A DNA stretch of 29,240 nt from Oligoflexia bacterium (GTDB taxonomy: Bacteria; Bdellovibrionota; Bdellovibrionia; JABDDW01). Under the pieces are notes generated by a model that saw only the letters and a list, made by a program, of their open reading frames with translations, did not search any database and had not been told where the DNA came from. The translations under genes and the position numbers were made by a program. This document shows, piece after piece, positions 8,313 through 16,997 of this stretch (its first letter is position 1; each line of letters opens with the position of its first letter). Where the stretch lies: assembly GCA_043732305.1 (NCBI GenBank), contig JAYTHU010000148.1, positions 1-29,240 of the forward strand. The letters run 5' to 3'.

Positions 8313-9256
8313 AAAAGAAAATTAAAAATAAATTCAATCCGTTTAAAACTAAAACTCAACTTGATCTGCCTCTTGGTAAAGGCCTGCATGTGCCGATCAC
8401 AAAAGATCGGAATCATGAATCGGGTGGGCGAAGTTTTTATTTCTTTGATTTCGATGACAATGTTGTTCATTTGCCGACGGAAATATTCCTCTTCAATAAA
8501 ACAACTGGTGAAGAGAAGTGCATGAGCACAGTGGAATTTTCTACAGTCCAATTGGAGTTAGGATTGCCTGGTCCATGGGAAGATTTTGAAATTCGGCTTG
8601 ACGATCAAACTGGGACTTTTCGCAGATTTAGAGAAAAGAAACATAAGGTTTGGCAGAAATCTTTCCGCAAAACCGCGAAGGCCTTTTTTAAAAAACTACC
8701 GCAACCTTTGGAAGAGGATCTGGAAAAGGTTTTTCAGCTACCTTTTGATGAATGGAAAGGGCCTAGTTGGGAATTTTTTCGCTATGCTTGTCTGAACCAA
8801 AGGCCGGTTTCAATCATCACTGCGCGGGGTCATAATCCCGACACGCTGAAGCGCGCAATAAAAATTTTAAAAGAAAAAGGTTACATCACTCATGAGCCAA
8901 ATTATTTGAGTGTTTACCCTGTCAGTTACAAGCCAACTCGACTTTTGTTGGGTGATTCCAAGCTAGATATGCATGCGTCAAAGTTGAAACAAGAGGCCAT
9001 TAAACTCTCGGTGAAAGAAGCGTTCAGGGTATACGGACAAAATGACGGGCATCGTTTTGGAATGTCAGACGATGACCCTATCAACCTTCGTCTCATTATG
9101 GATGTGATGCGGGACCTCAAAAAGGAATATCCAAAAAATTCTTTCTTTGTGATCGATACTCACGGTGGAAAGCTAATGAAACAGGAGATTTTTGTCGATC
9201 ATACTGTTCTGCAGGGAATGAAGGCTGAAAAACAACTTAGCTTTTTTGGTGAATAG
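8309..9256 (+). CDS. HAD-superfamily hydrolase (putative phosphatase)
   Basis: Motif I FFDFDDN, motif II ITARGH, a Lys for motif III and motif IV GMSDDD. ATGA overlap with the upstream stop codon. Confidence 0.7.
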   Translation: MKKKIKNKFNPFKTKTQLDLPLGKGLHVPITKDRNHESGGRSFYFFDFDDNVVHLPTEIFLFNKTTGEEKCMSTVEFSTVQLELGLPGPWEDFEIRLDDQTGTFRRFREKKHKVWQKSFRKTAKAFFKKLPQPLEEDLEKVFQLPFDEWKGPSWEFFRYACLNQRPVSIITARGHNPDTLKRAIKILKEKGYITHEPNYLSVYPVSYKPTRLLLGDSKLDMHASKLKQEAIKLSVKEAFRVYGQNDGHRFGMSDDDPINLRLIMDVMRDLKKEYPKNSFFVIDTHGGKLMKQEIFVDHTVLQGMKAEKQLSFFGE

Positions 9257-9310
9257 TGCCTTGCGTTACCGGTACTCTATGAGATAGCAACGTCAAGAAA
9301 GGAAATTCTT

Positions 9311-11356
9311 GTGATCAAAAACACCATCGTCTCAGCATTTCTCTTAACTATATTTATTTCTACTACTTTTGTTTCTTCTGGAGGATTCGCCGCTGCCAAA
9401 GAGGCCGATCTCTCCTGCGAAACACTTCATCCACTGCTGAATGCATTTCTAAGTCAGCACGTTTTATATAAAAAGCTGACACCCACTTTGGAGGAGCACA
9501 CAACAACTCAGTTTTTGAAAATGCTCGATCCCTCCAAAATTTATCTCATGCAGTCAGATGTTGATAAGATCAAGGCTAGTCTTTCGGGAATGTTTGAAAA
9601 GATAGAAAAAAAGAATTGCAGTCCCATTGATGAGACGCACGCTCTCTATGTGAAGAGAGTTGATGAAGCCGCGGTATATGCAAAAAAACTTCTTGGACCT
9701 GATTTTAAATTTCAAGAGAAGACAACAATTGTTATTAACCCTGACAAACGTGTTTTTGCAAAAAATCAAAAAGAACTTCAAGATTTGCAATCCCGATATA
9801 TTCAATTTCAAATTTCAAATTATATGGTTTCCGATATGAAAGTTCCGGAAGCAAAAAAGCAATTGATCCATCGCTATGATTTGAATTTGAAACAAGCCAA
9901 AGATTTTAAAAAATACGATCTTTACTCATTGTTCCTAGATGCTTTTGCTTCTTCTTTAGATCCTCACTCGAATTTTTTGGCTAAAGATTACTTCGAAGAT
10001 TTTGAAATTCAAATGCGTTTGTCACTTCAGGGCATTGGCGCTACTCTCAGCAGCCAAGATGGTTACACGGTAGTGGAAAACCTAGTTCCCGGTGGAGCTG
10101 CTGCTAAGTCTGGTTTGATGGAACCTAAAGACAAGATCATCGCTGTCGACACCAAAAACAATGGCAAGATGGAACCCGTGGTGGATATGCCCCTTCGCGA
10201 AGTTGTGAAACTTATTCGAGGCGACAAAGGAACCAAAGTTGGTTTGACTATTCTGCGCTCAGGTAAAAAAGCTTCTCGCGTGGTCATCACTTTGACCAGA
10301 GCGAAGATTGATTTGAAAGATGAAGCTGCAAAAATCAGCTACATCAATAAAGAAGTGAACGGACAGAAATTACTTATTGGCGTCATTGATCTTCCTTCTT
10401 TTTATTCAGACAGTGACAACGGTGAGCGTTCTTGCTCTGAAGATGTTAAAAAATTAGTGAAAGAAGCAAACGCTAAAAAAGTAGACGGACTTGTTTTAGA
10501 TTTATCTAAAAATGGTGGTGGCGTTCTTGGTGAAGCGGTCAAAATTGTTGGACTGTTTATCAAAAAAGGAAATGTCGTTGAGACCCAAGATTCCGATAGC
10601 CGAGTCGAAGTGCTCGCGGATCTTGATTCACAAATGCTTTACAGCGGACCTTTGGTTGTTCTCACCAGTCGCTTGAGTGCCAGTGCCTCAGAAATTGTGG
10701 CGGGCGCTTTGCGAGATTACAAACGTGCAGTTATCATTGGTTCCGATCATACTTTCGGAAAAGGAACTGTCCAAGCCGTCATGAGACTTCGTGAAGACAT
10801 GGGCGCTTTGAAAGTGACTACCGGAATGTTTTTTACTCCCGGTGGAAATTCGACCCAGGAGCGTGGGGTGGATTCAGACGTTATTATTCCTAGCCAATAT
10901 GTGAGCAAAGAATTTAGCGAAGATGCTCTCGATTATGCTCTTCCCAAAAAATCTTTAACTTCGTTTTTATCTGATGAGGCTAATGGTAAAGATGGCACGG
11001 ACATGTACAAACCTATACAGTCTTTGCAAATTTCTGAACTTCAAAAAGCTTCTAAACTTCGAACAACTGGCGACAAAGATTTTGCAAAAATGATCGCCGA
11101 CTTCAAAGAAACTGAAGATAAAAATGGAGTTTTGAATCTCTCTGATGTGATGAAGAAAACTCAAGAAACCAACAAAGAGCGTGACAAGAAAGCTAAGTCC
11201 CATTCTTTGGATGGAGCTGATCCCGAGTATTTGAAACAAGCTGCGGTTAAAGAAGCCGTCGCCATTGTTGCCGATTTTGTATTGATCCAGAAGGGTCAAT
11301 TTAAATTGGCCACCAAAGTTGACAACTCAGGCAAGGATTTGAAAACGGTCCAGTGA
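9311..11356 (+). CDS. prc: Tail-specific (carboxy-terminal processing) protease, S41A family with PDZ domain
   Basis: Signal peptide, LDPHS, GIGA PDZ loop, DLSKNGGG, catalytic SASASEI and TFGKGTVQ motifs. GTG start with AAGGA RBS. Confidence 0.92.
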   Translation: MIKNTIVSAFLLTIFISTTFVSSGGFAAAKEADLSCETLHPLLNAFLSQHVLYKKLTPTLEEHTTTQFLKMLDPSKIYLMQSDVDKIKASLSGMFEKIEKKNCSPIDETHALYVKRVDEAAVYAKKLLGPDFKFQEKTTIVINPDKRVFAKNQKELQDLQSRYIQFQISNYMVSDMKVPEAKKQLIHRYDLNLKQAKDFKKYDLYSLFLDAFASSLDPHSNFLAKDYFEDFEIQMRLSLQGIGATLSSQDGYTVVENLVPGGAAAKSGLMEPKDKIIAVDTKNNGKMEPVVDMPLREVVKLIRGDKGTKVGLTILRSGKKASRVVITLTRAKIDLKDEAAKISYINKEVNGQKLLIGVIDLPSFYSDSDNGERSCSEDVKKLVKEANAKKVDGLVLDLSKNGGGVLGEAVKIVGLFIKKGNVVETQDSDSRVEVLADLDSQMLYSGPLVVLTSRLSASASEIVAGALRDYKRAVIIGSDHTFGKGTVQAVMRLREDMGALKVTTGMFFTPGGNSTQERGVDSDVIIPSQYVSKEFSEDALDYALPKKSLTSFLSDEANGKDGTDMYKPIQSLQISELQKASKLRTTGDKDFAKMIADFKETEDKNGVLNLSDVMKKTQETNKERDKKAKSHSLDGADPEYLKQAAVKEAVAIVADFVLIQKGQFKLATKVDNSGKDLKTVQ

Positions 11357-12604
11357 TCGAGAATTCTGATCTTCGCTGAACTCTTCAAGTAAAAGAGTGT
11401 CTACTTTGATCGTGATGGGAGTCGGAATGAGGTTCTTGGCAAACGCCAGGGCCTCTTCTTCCGGAAGCTTTCGTGGACGATATCCCAATGTCAAATGAGG
11501 CTCGTACTTTTCACCCTGAGTGTGGTCCCCGGTAATAACTTTTCTGAATTCCTGGTGCCACGCATTTAGCTTGTCGCCAGATTCTTGATCTGGAATCAAC
11601 CACAAATACATCTCATCAATCACTTGAATAGAATTAAATGTCAGCTCGTGAAGTGGTGGAAGATCTGCGTGCTTGACTGTCTTGAGGATGTCATTTTGAA
11701 TTTTGCTTGAAGTTTCAGAGTAGAGAATTGTCACAAAGGCCGGCAGTTTTTTTGCGAGCGGATCAAACTTCGCGCGCACTTCTTCCACTTGTTTGGTGAA
11801 TTCTTTGTTCAAAACTAAAACCACATCTCTTTGAAAAAATGCGGGAGCTGCAGGCGCTCGGCGCGCTTGTGGTTGGTTCTGTCCACGGCCATGTCCGCCT
11901 TGCCCGCCTTGATTCTGATTGCGGCCATTGTTTTGGCCGTTATTCGAATTTCGGTTCGAATTTTTCGCCTGGCCACCAGCATTCTGGTTTCGTCCATTTT
12001 GTGCATTGTTGTTAGGACCGCGATTGTTTCTTCCACGTCCTTGTCCACCACGCTGTTGGCCGCCCCGTCCTGCGTTTTGACCGCGAGGTTGGCGAATAGG
12101 CACGCCCACTGTCAAATGTGCTGGCTGATCGAGTTTGTCTCGATGAGATTCACTGCCTTCAACGGTATTGCCATGATTTTCAAAATCCTGTTCGTTTCGA
12201 TTTCCGTCTCGACTCTGACCCTGACCTTGGCTTTGATTCTGGCTGTAATTTTGGTTCTGATTTTGATTCTGATTTTGGTTCTGATTTTGGTTCTGATTTT
12301 GGTTCTGATTTTGGTTCTGATTTTGGTTTGGGTGCTGATTTGGATTTTGACCTTGTTGAGGACTGCGACCTTGTCCGCCTCTGCGATTGCGACTGCTACG
12401 TTTGCGATTACGATTTTGTCCTTGGCTTTGATTTGTTCCATCACCTTCGCGCGGTGGTCCTTCGTTATGTCCCTGCCCCGAACCTTGAGTGCTTTGAGAA
12501 CTTTGTGCGGTTTGCGAAACGGCCGGTGTTTTATTTTCTGTTGGTGTTCCTGGGGCAGCAGCTTCACCTGTGCCAGGTTTATTTAGCGGACGGCGTTTAA
12601 ACAT
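11327..12604 (-). CDS. 2H phosphoesterase (2'-5' RNA ligase-like) family domain preceded by a ~250-aa Q/N/G/R-rich disordered region
   Basis: C-terminal domain has R.KFDPLA..LPAFVTI and YEPHLTLG, the positions of the two HxT motifs. N-terminus is low-complexity with a QN run and RGG-like segments. GAAGG RBS. Confidence 0.7.
   Translation of the reverse strand: MFKRRPLNKPGTGEAAAPGTPTENKTPAVSQTAQSSQSTQGSGQGHNEGPPREGDGTNQSQGQNRNRKRSSRNRRGGQGRSPQQGQNPNQHPNQNQNQNQNQNQNQNQNQNQNQNQNQNYSQNQSQGQGQSRDGNRNEQDFENHGNTVEGSESHRDKLDQPAHLTVGVPIRQPRGQNAGRGGQQRGGQGRGRNNRGPNNNAQNGRNQNAGGQAKNSNRNSNNGQNNGRNQNQGGQGGHGRGQNQPQARRAPAAPAFFQRDVVLVLNKEFTKQVEEVRAKFDPLAKKLPAFVTILYSETSSKIQNDILKTVKHADLPPLHELTFNSIQVIDEMYLWLIPDQESGDKLNAWHQEFRKVITGDHTQGEKYEPHLTLGYRPRKLPEEEALAFAKNLIPTPITIKVDTLLLEEFSEDQNSRSLDRFQILA
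12249..12328. repeat. 12-bp tandem repeat (TTTTGGTTCTGA), about 6.7 copies, encoding poly-QN
   Basis: Units start at 12249, 12261 (one mismatch), 12273, 12285, 12297 and 12309, plus a partial copy at 12321. Confidence 0.95.
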
Positions 12605-12620
12605 TTAGTTTTACCTTCAA

Positions 12621-13325
12621 TTAGGCAAGGGCGGTGTGCACGCGACGAACATCGTCGTGGCCACTGACAGCTTGCAAGAGTTCAATGACTTCTTTTCTTT
12701 GAGCTTCATCAACGGTGTTTTGTATTTTTGCTTCAAATCCAAATTCAGTTTTTATCACAGTCCATCCACGCGCGGCCAGTGCCGTCTTTACAAGATCGAG
12801 GTCAACCGGGTTGGTGGAGAAGCTTGCCGTCTCATTGTCGACCTTCTCGACTGCCTGTGCGTTAGCTTCGATCGCTTCGCCTTCAAGATCAGTCGGCAAA
12901 GGAGATTTCGTTGCTTCAACAATACCCACTTTTTCAAACATCCATCCAACAGATCCGAGTTCGCCTAGATTTCCACCATACTCTTTAAAGAGCGATTTCA
13001 AATCAGAAACTGTGCGATTGCGATTGTCCGTCAATGCTTCCACCAAAACGGCTACTCCATGCGGAGCAAATCCTTCATACATGATGTCTTCATAGTTCAC
13101 ACCTTCAAGAGTGCCAGAACCTTTTTTTATTGCGCGTTCAATATTTTCTCGAGGCATAGATGCCTGACGAGCATCGACAACTGCTGTTCTCAGTCGGGCA
13201 TTTCCGTCGATATCTGGTCCGCCCATGCGCGCGGCCACGGAAATTTCCTTCGAAAGTTTGGTGAAGATATTGCCTTTTTTTGCTGCTTGCGTGTCTTTGT
13301 AGCCCTGAATCCAGCTGCGCCCCAT
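12621..13325 (-). CDS. yebC: YebC/PmpR family protein
   Basis: FTKLSKEI.VAARMGG, NIERAIKKG, YEGFAPHGVAVLVEALTDNRNRT, GSVGWMF. Confidence 0.95.
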   Translation of the reverse strand: MGRSWIQGYKDTQAAKKGNIFTKLSKEISVAARMGGPDIDGNARLRTAVVDARQASMPRENIERAIKKGSGTLEGVNYEDIMYEGFAPHGVAVLVEALTDNRNRTVSDLKSLFKEYGGNLGELGSVGWMFEKVGIVEATKSPLPTDLEGEAIEANAQAVEKVDNETASFSTNPVDLDLVKTALAARGWTVIKTEFGFEAKIQNTVDEAQRKEVIELLQAVSGHDDVRRVHTALA

Positions 13326-13376
13326 TTTTGCCTCGCTTGTTTAATCAGTGTATATAGACGAATAAATCAGTTTGCG

Positions 13377-14348
13377 TCATCTTGGCAAGGCCAATTTTGA
13401 TAGAGCAAGCTCCAAGTTCGTTTGGAAGCGTTCTCTCGCCTCAACTTCGTTTATGTCACTGGGGAAACCTTTGGTTGAGCGTTTCCAGCGTTCTAGGAAT
13501 TCTGGCCCCAATGGCTTCAAGACTAGATCGAAATCGCGAGAAGCGAAAGTAGATTCTCGGTTAATTCCCAGTTCATCACCATGGCCCACGTGAAAACCTG
13601 CAACGAGCATCGCCGCTCGCACATGGGTGGACTGGCTGTATGTTGTCATCACGCAATCAATGGCAGAATTATTTCTCAAAATATTGAAAGTTTTTAAATC
13701 CCACATTCTTGGATTAGAAACCGGCGAATAGGGATCATGAAAAATAATTTCAGCAAGCGGAACCGGCGGTGCGGAGTCTTCAATTGCGGGATCCTTTTTT
13801 TGATCGGGTGAAATAAAAAACTCATGAAAATCGCCGAAAAATAAAGTCCAAGTGAAATCTCCTCCACTCACTTCGATAACCATCATGTCGCCAGGCATTT
13901 TTTCTGGATGATCCACGCCCGAGATAAATTGCTCAAGAAAAGATTGAACCGGGAGTAAATGCGGGAATTCAGAAATATTTTCGACGGCAAACTTTAGAAC
14001 TTCAATTTCATTTTCGAAACTGACGATGTGCAGAGGTCGAACGATTGTTTCTCCATTCACATTTTCCTCAGATAGTTTTTTCCAAAGTCTGAACGCGGCG
14101 GAAGCATTTCCGGCAGCGCCGAGTCCCACATCATAAACAACGAGTGGAGTAACATAAGGTGACATGGGAACTGGTTTTAATCTCAGCAGTCTTTCGCGAA
14201 GACCCGATTGCTTGACATAGGTGGATTCCGATTCAAAAACAGGCCCCGCGGGATGCAACTTTTCACCAATCGAGAGATCGCGGATCGTGGTTGCGCCAGA
14301 AAGGGTCTTCTCTAACTGAAATTTAGGAGGCTTTGAGGTTGATTCCAT
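13377..14348 (-). CDS. Stand-alone MnmC-methyltransferase-like (MnmD-type) SAM-dependent methyltransferase
   Basis: GE..H..GP..ES...YV..SGL, DVGLGAAGN, SFE, DPYSP..NP.MW and TTYS motifs. No FAD oxidase domain is fused. Confidence 0.75.
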   Translation of the reverse strand: MESTSKPPKFQLEKTLSGATTIRDLSIGEKLHPAGPVFESESTYVKQSGLRERLLRLKPVPMSPYVTPLVVYDVGLGAAGNASAAFRLWKKLSEENVNGETIVRPLHIVSFENEIEVLKFAVENISEFPHLLPVQSFLEQFISGVDHPEKMPGDMMVIEVSGGDFTWTLFFGDFHEFFISPDQKKDPAIEDSAPPVPLAEIIFHDPYSPVSNPRMWDLKTFNILRNNSAIDCVMTTYSQSTHVRAAMLVAGFHVGHGDELGINRESTFASRDFDLVLKPLGPEFLERWKRSTKGFPSDINEVEARERFQTNLELALSKLALPR

Positions 14349-14387
14349 CGCTTAATTAGTCGTTAAACGGTTTAAAAGTCAAACAGG

Positions 14388-14416
14388 TTGAAGTTTATGA
14401 TGCGTTTAGGCATAAT
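14388..14416 (+). promoter_or_regulatory. Sigma70-like promoter of the trhO operon (probably leaderless)
   Basis: TTGAAG(14388-14393)-17 nt-CATAAT(14411-14416), 8 nt before ATG 14425, with no SD. Confidence 0.55.
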
Positions 14417-14424
14417 GGGCCTTC

Positions 14425-15174
14425 ATGAAGTCCTTTACCCATGTATCTTTCTATAAGTTTGTTGAGATCGATGATCCCGCAAAACTCCAAAGTCAGCTTA
14501 AAGTCAGGCTCCAAGAATTGGAGCTCAAAGGCACTGTATTGATCGCAACTGAAGGCATCAATGTGATGCTGGCAGGTACCGAAGCTTCAATTGCTACACT
14601 TATTGCCGAGTTTAAAATGGATTCCAGATTTAAAGATGCTCTGCTTAAATTAAACAAATCTGAAACTCAGCCTTTCAAAAAATTACTGGTGAAAGTTAAG
14701 AGTGAGATCCTCACTTTTAAAGAAGATAGTATCAAGCCCCATCTGAAAACCGGCCATTATGTGAAGCCCCAGGATCTTCGTGAGTGGCTAAATGCGGGTG
14801 ACGATATCGTTCTAGTAGACTCTCGAAATCATTTTGAAGTGGAGTTGGGAACTTTTCAAGACGCGATTGATCCTGAGATAAAAAGCTTCATGGAGTTTAA
14901 AAATGCATCTCTAGAAAAACTCACCTCTTATAAAGACAAAAAAATTATAACCTTCTGTACTGGCGGGATCCGATGCGAAAAAGCTTCTGCTTATTTGATG
15001 GAGCATGGATTCAAAAATGTTTGGCAACTTGAAGGTGGAATTCTTCAATACCTCAAAGAAACTGACGGCGCATTTTGGCAGGGCGAATGCTTCGTCTTCG
15101 ACGAGCGCATCAGCGTAAATAAAAATCTGGAAGAAAAGAAGTTGAATTTTCTGGAAGAAAAGAAAGCAAATTGA
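14425..15174 (+). CDS. trhO: Rhodanese-related tRNA U34 hydroxylase TrhO (YceA/UPF0176), short form
   Basis: FYKF, LKGTVLIATEGIN, DSRN.FE..LGTF..A, FCTGGIRCEKAS, QLEGGILQY, FVFDER. Lacks the C-terminal Cys-rich extension. Confidence 0.85.
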   Translation: MKSFTHVSFYKFVEIDDPAKLQSQLKVRLQELELKGTVLIATEGINVMLAGTEASIATLIAEFKMDSRFKDALLKLNKSETQPFKKLLVKVKSEILTFKEDSIKPHLKTGHYVKPQDLREWLNAGDDIVLVDSRNHFEVELGTFQDAIDPEIKSFMEFKNASLEKLTSYKDKKIITFCTGGIRCEKASAYLMEHGFKNVWQLEGGILQYLKETDGAFWQGECFVFDERISVNKNLEEKKLNFLEEKKAN

Positions 15175-16010
15175 AATCCCGACAAAAAATTAAGAGCGAA
15201 AATGTAAAATCAGAAATCCCCTCGGACCAAAACGTGGAGCTACTTAAAGAGCTGCATTTACTGACATCCGCCGGTGAGCTCAATGCGGATGCTCGGCGTA
15301 AGCTGAAACAAGTGAATCACCTGGTGCAATTGATAAAGCCTGCTTGGGATGACGTGGCCTCAAGGCACACTGAAATAAATCTTGTGGATGTGGGTGCAGG
15401 AAAATCCTATCTAGGGTTTATTTTATATGACGCTCTCGCCGCTAAATTGATGGAAGTGTCTCAGCGCAAACCCTTTATCTATTCGATCGAATCGCGTGCT
15501 GATTTGGTGACTCGTGCTGAAGACATGGCTAAACGTTTAAAATTTGAAAACATGAAGTTTCTGGCCCAAACAATTGAAAAAGCTAACGGTCTGCCTGAGC
15601 GAGTTCACATGCTCACAGCATTGCATGCGTGTGACATTGCAACCGACGACGCGATCATTTTGGGATTAGAAAAAAAAGTAGATTACATGGCACTTGTGCC
15701 GTGTTGCCAAGCCGAAGTCGCGAGACTTCTGCAGGATGCGAAAGGAGAGATTCCTCAACTGTGGAAACATGGGATTCACAAACGTGAATTTGGGAGTCAT
15801 CTCACTAACGTGATACGTAGTTTAGTGTTGGAAAGTCTAGGTTATCAAGTGACGGTGACAGAACTTGTAGGTTGGGAACATTCTCTTAAAAATGAATTCA
15901 TTTTGGCCAAACGAGTGCAAAATGAAAACCCTCGGGCGCGCGCGCAACTTGATGAATTACTTTCGCAAATTCCTGTTCGTCCGAAACTTGTGAGGCAGCT
16001 GTTTGGATAA
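15171..16010 (+). CDS. Class I SAM-dependent methyltransferase of unknown substrate (Methyltransf_32-like)
   Basis: VDVGAGKSYLGF, ALHACDIATD, VPCCQ, EHSLKN motifs. TTG start overlaps the trhO stop. Confidence 0.8.
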   Translation: MKSRQKIKSENVKSEIPSDQNVELLKELHLLTSAGELNADARRKLKQVNHLVQLIKPAWDDVASRHTEINLVDVGAGKSYLGFILYDALAAKLMEVSQRKPFIYSIESRADLVTRAEDMAKRLKFENMKFLAQTIEKANGLPERVHMLTALHACDIATDDAIILGLEKKVDYMALVPCCQAEVARLLQDAKGEIPQLWKHGIHKREFGSHLTNVIRSLVLESLGYQVTVTELVGWEHSLKNEFILAKRVQNENPRARAQLDELLSQIPVRPKLVRQLFG

Positions 16011-16743
16011 ATTTAGTTTAGAACGCATCGATGGGAGACTTTGTCTCGTTTCACCAGAAGGTTTGATTGCAGACACGGGACAAAATAAGTCTGGTCCCGT
16101 TTTTGTAGATTTCCTCAACGGGACTTCAGCTTATCGAATTCAAAAATCTTTCAAGCAACCTGAAATTCTACTCAAAGCTCTCGGTGCAGGAAGAAAACGC
16201 CGTGACCGTGATTCAGAAGTTGGCTTTTCCGGTGACAGTGTTTTGCCCATTCTTATTGATGCAACGGCCGGTCTGGGCGAAGATTCTTTCTTGGCTGCGC
16301 ATCATGGATTTAAAGTTTTGGCGCTTGAGAAAAACGACATGGTGTTTAAAGTTTTGCAAGACGGGATCACTCGTCTCAAAAAATCTTCTGATCCTAGAAA
16401 TATTCGTGCTTTCACGAATTTTGAAATCAAAAACCAAGATTTTTTATCGCTTGATCCGGCTGTTGAATCGAATCGAGCTGATGTGATTTATCTCGACCCC
16501 ATGTTTCCTGAAAAAAATAAATCGTCTCTGCCAAAAAAAGAAATGCAGGCCTTGAAATTTTTAGTAGGAATGTCTGAAGAAGAATCCGAAAGAGACACTC
16601 TGAATCTCTTTGAGCACGCTATGAAATTCACGGGTGCCAGAATAGTGGTCAAGCGGCCATTAAAATCCTCACTGGTATCCCCTAGTCCCCAAGGGCAGAT
16701 TCTCGGTAAAATGATCAGGTTTGATATTTATAAAGCAAAGTAA
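16003..16743 (+). CDS. rsmJ: 16S rRNA m2G1516 methyltransferase RsmJ-like
   Basis: VDF..G....R, IDATAGLGEDSF, DVIYLDPMFP, KKEM, RIVVKRP, RFDIY. Confidence 0.85.
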   Translation: MDKFSLERIDGRLCLVSPEGLIADTGQNKSGPVFVDFLNGTSAYRIQKSFKQPEILLKALGAGRKRRDRDSEVGFSGDSVLPILIDATAGLGEDSFLAAHHGFKVLALEKNDMVFKVLQDGITRLKKSSDPRNIRAFTNFEIKNQDFLSLDPAVESNRADVIYLDPMFPEKNKSSLPKKEMQALKFLVGMSEEESERDTLNLFEHAMKFTGARIVVKRPLKSSLVSPSPQGQILGKMIRFDIYKAK

Positions 16744-16997
16744 ATCTTGGCCTGACACCGTCCCGGAATTTTAATTTGAATCAGCAATCGGACTGCTCGG
16801 CCGAGAAAGATAAAGTTTCAATGCTAATATTCGATTGTTGGTATTTGACGAAATCCGATGGACCCTTGGAATCTTCGACTCTACATGCTCAAGAAATGCC
16901 TCGCCATCCTACAATTATGAAATTGAGAATGGCAAGATCAAGATATCTTATCCTGGTCTAGTCCACGGATATTGGGGGTAACTGGCCGATTAAGTTT

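Noticed and set aside
11327..11356. 30-bp tail-to-tail overlap between prc and the 2H-like gene
   Set aside because: Short convergent overlaps are common and carry no functional evidence on their own.
12249..12328. Tandem repeat as a CRISPR array
   Set aside because: Contiguous 12-bp units with no spacers, inside a CDS, and no cas genes in the window.
11815..12600. Several long alternative-frame and antisense ORFs (for example 11831-12586 with LILVLI runs)
   Set aside because: These are shadows of the low-complexity QN repeat region, which lacks stops in several frames.
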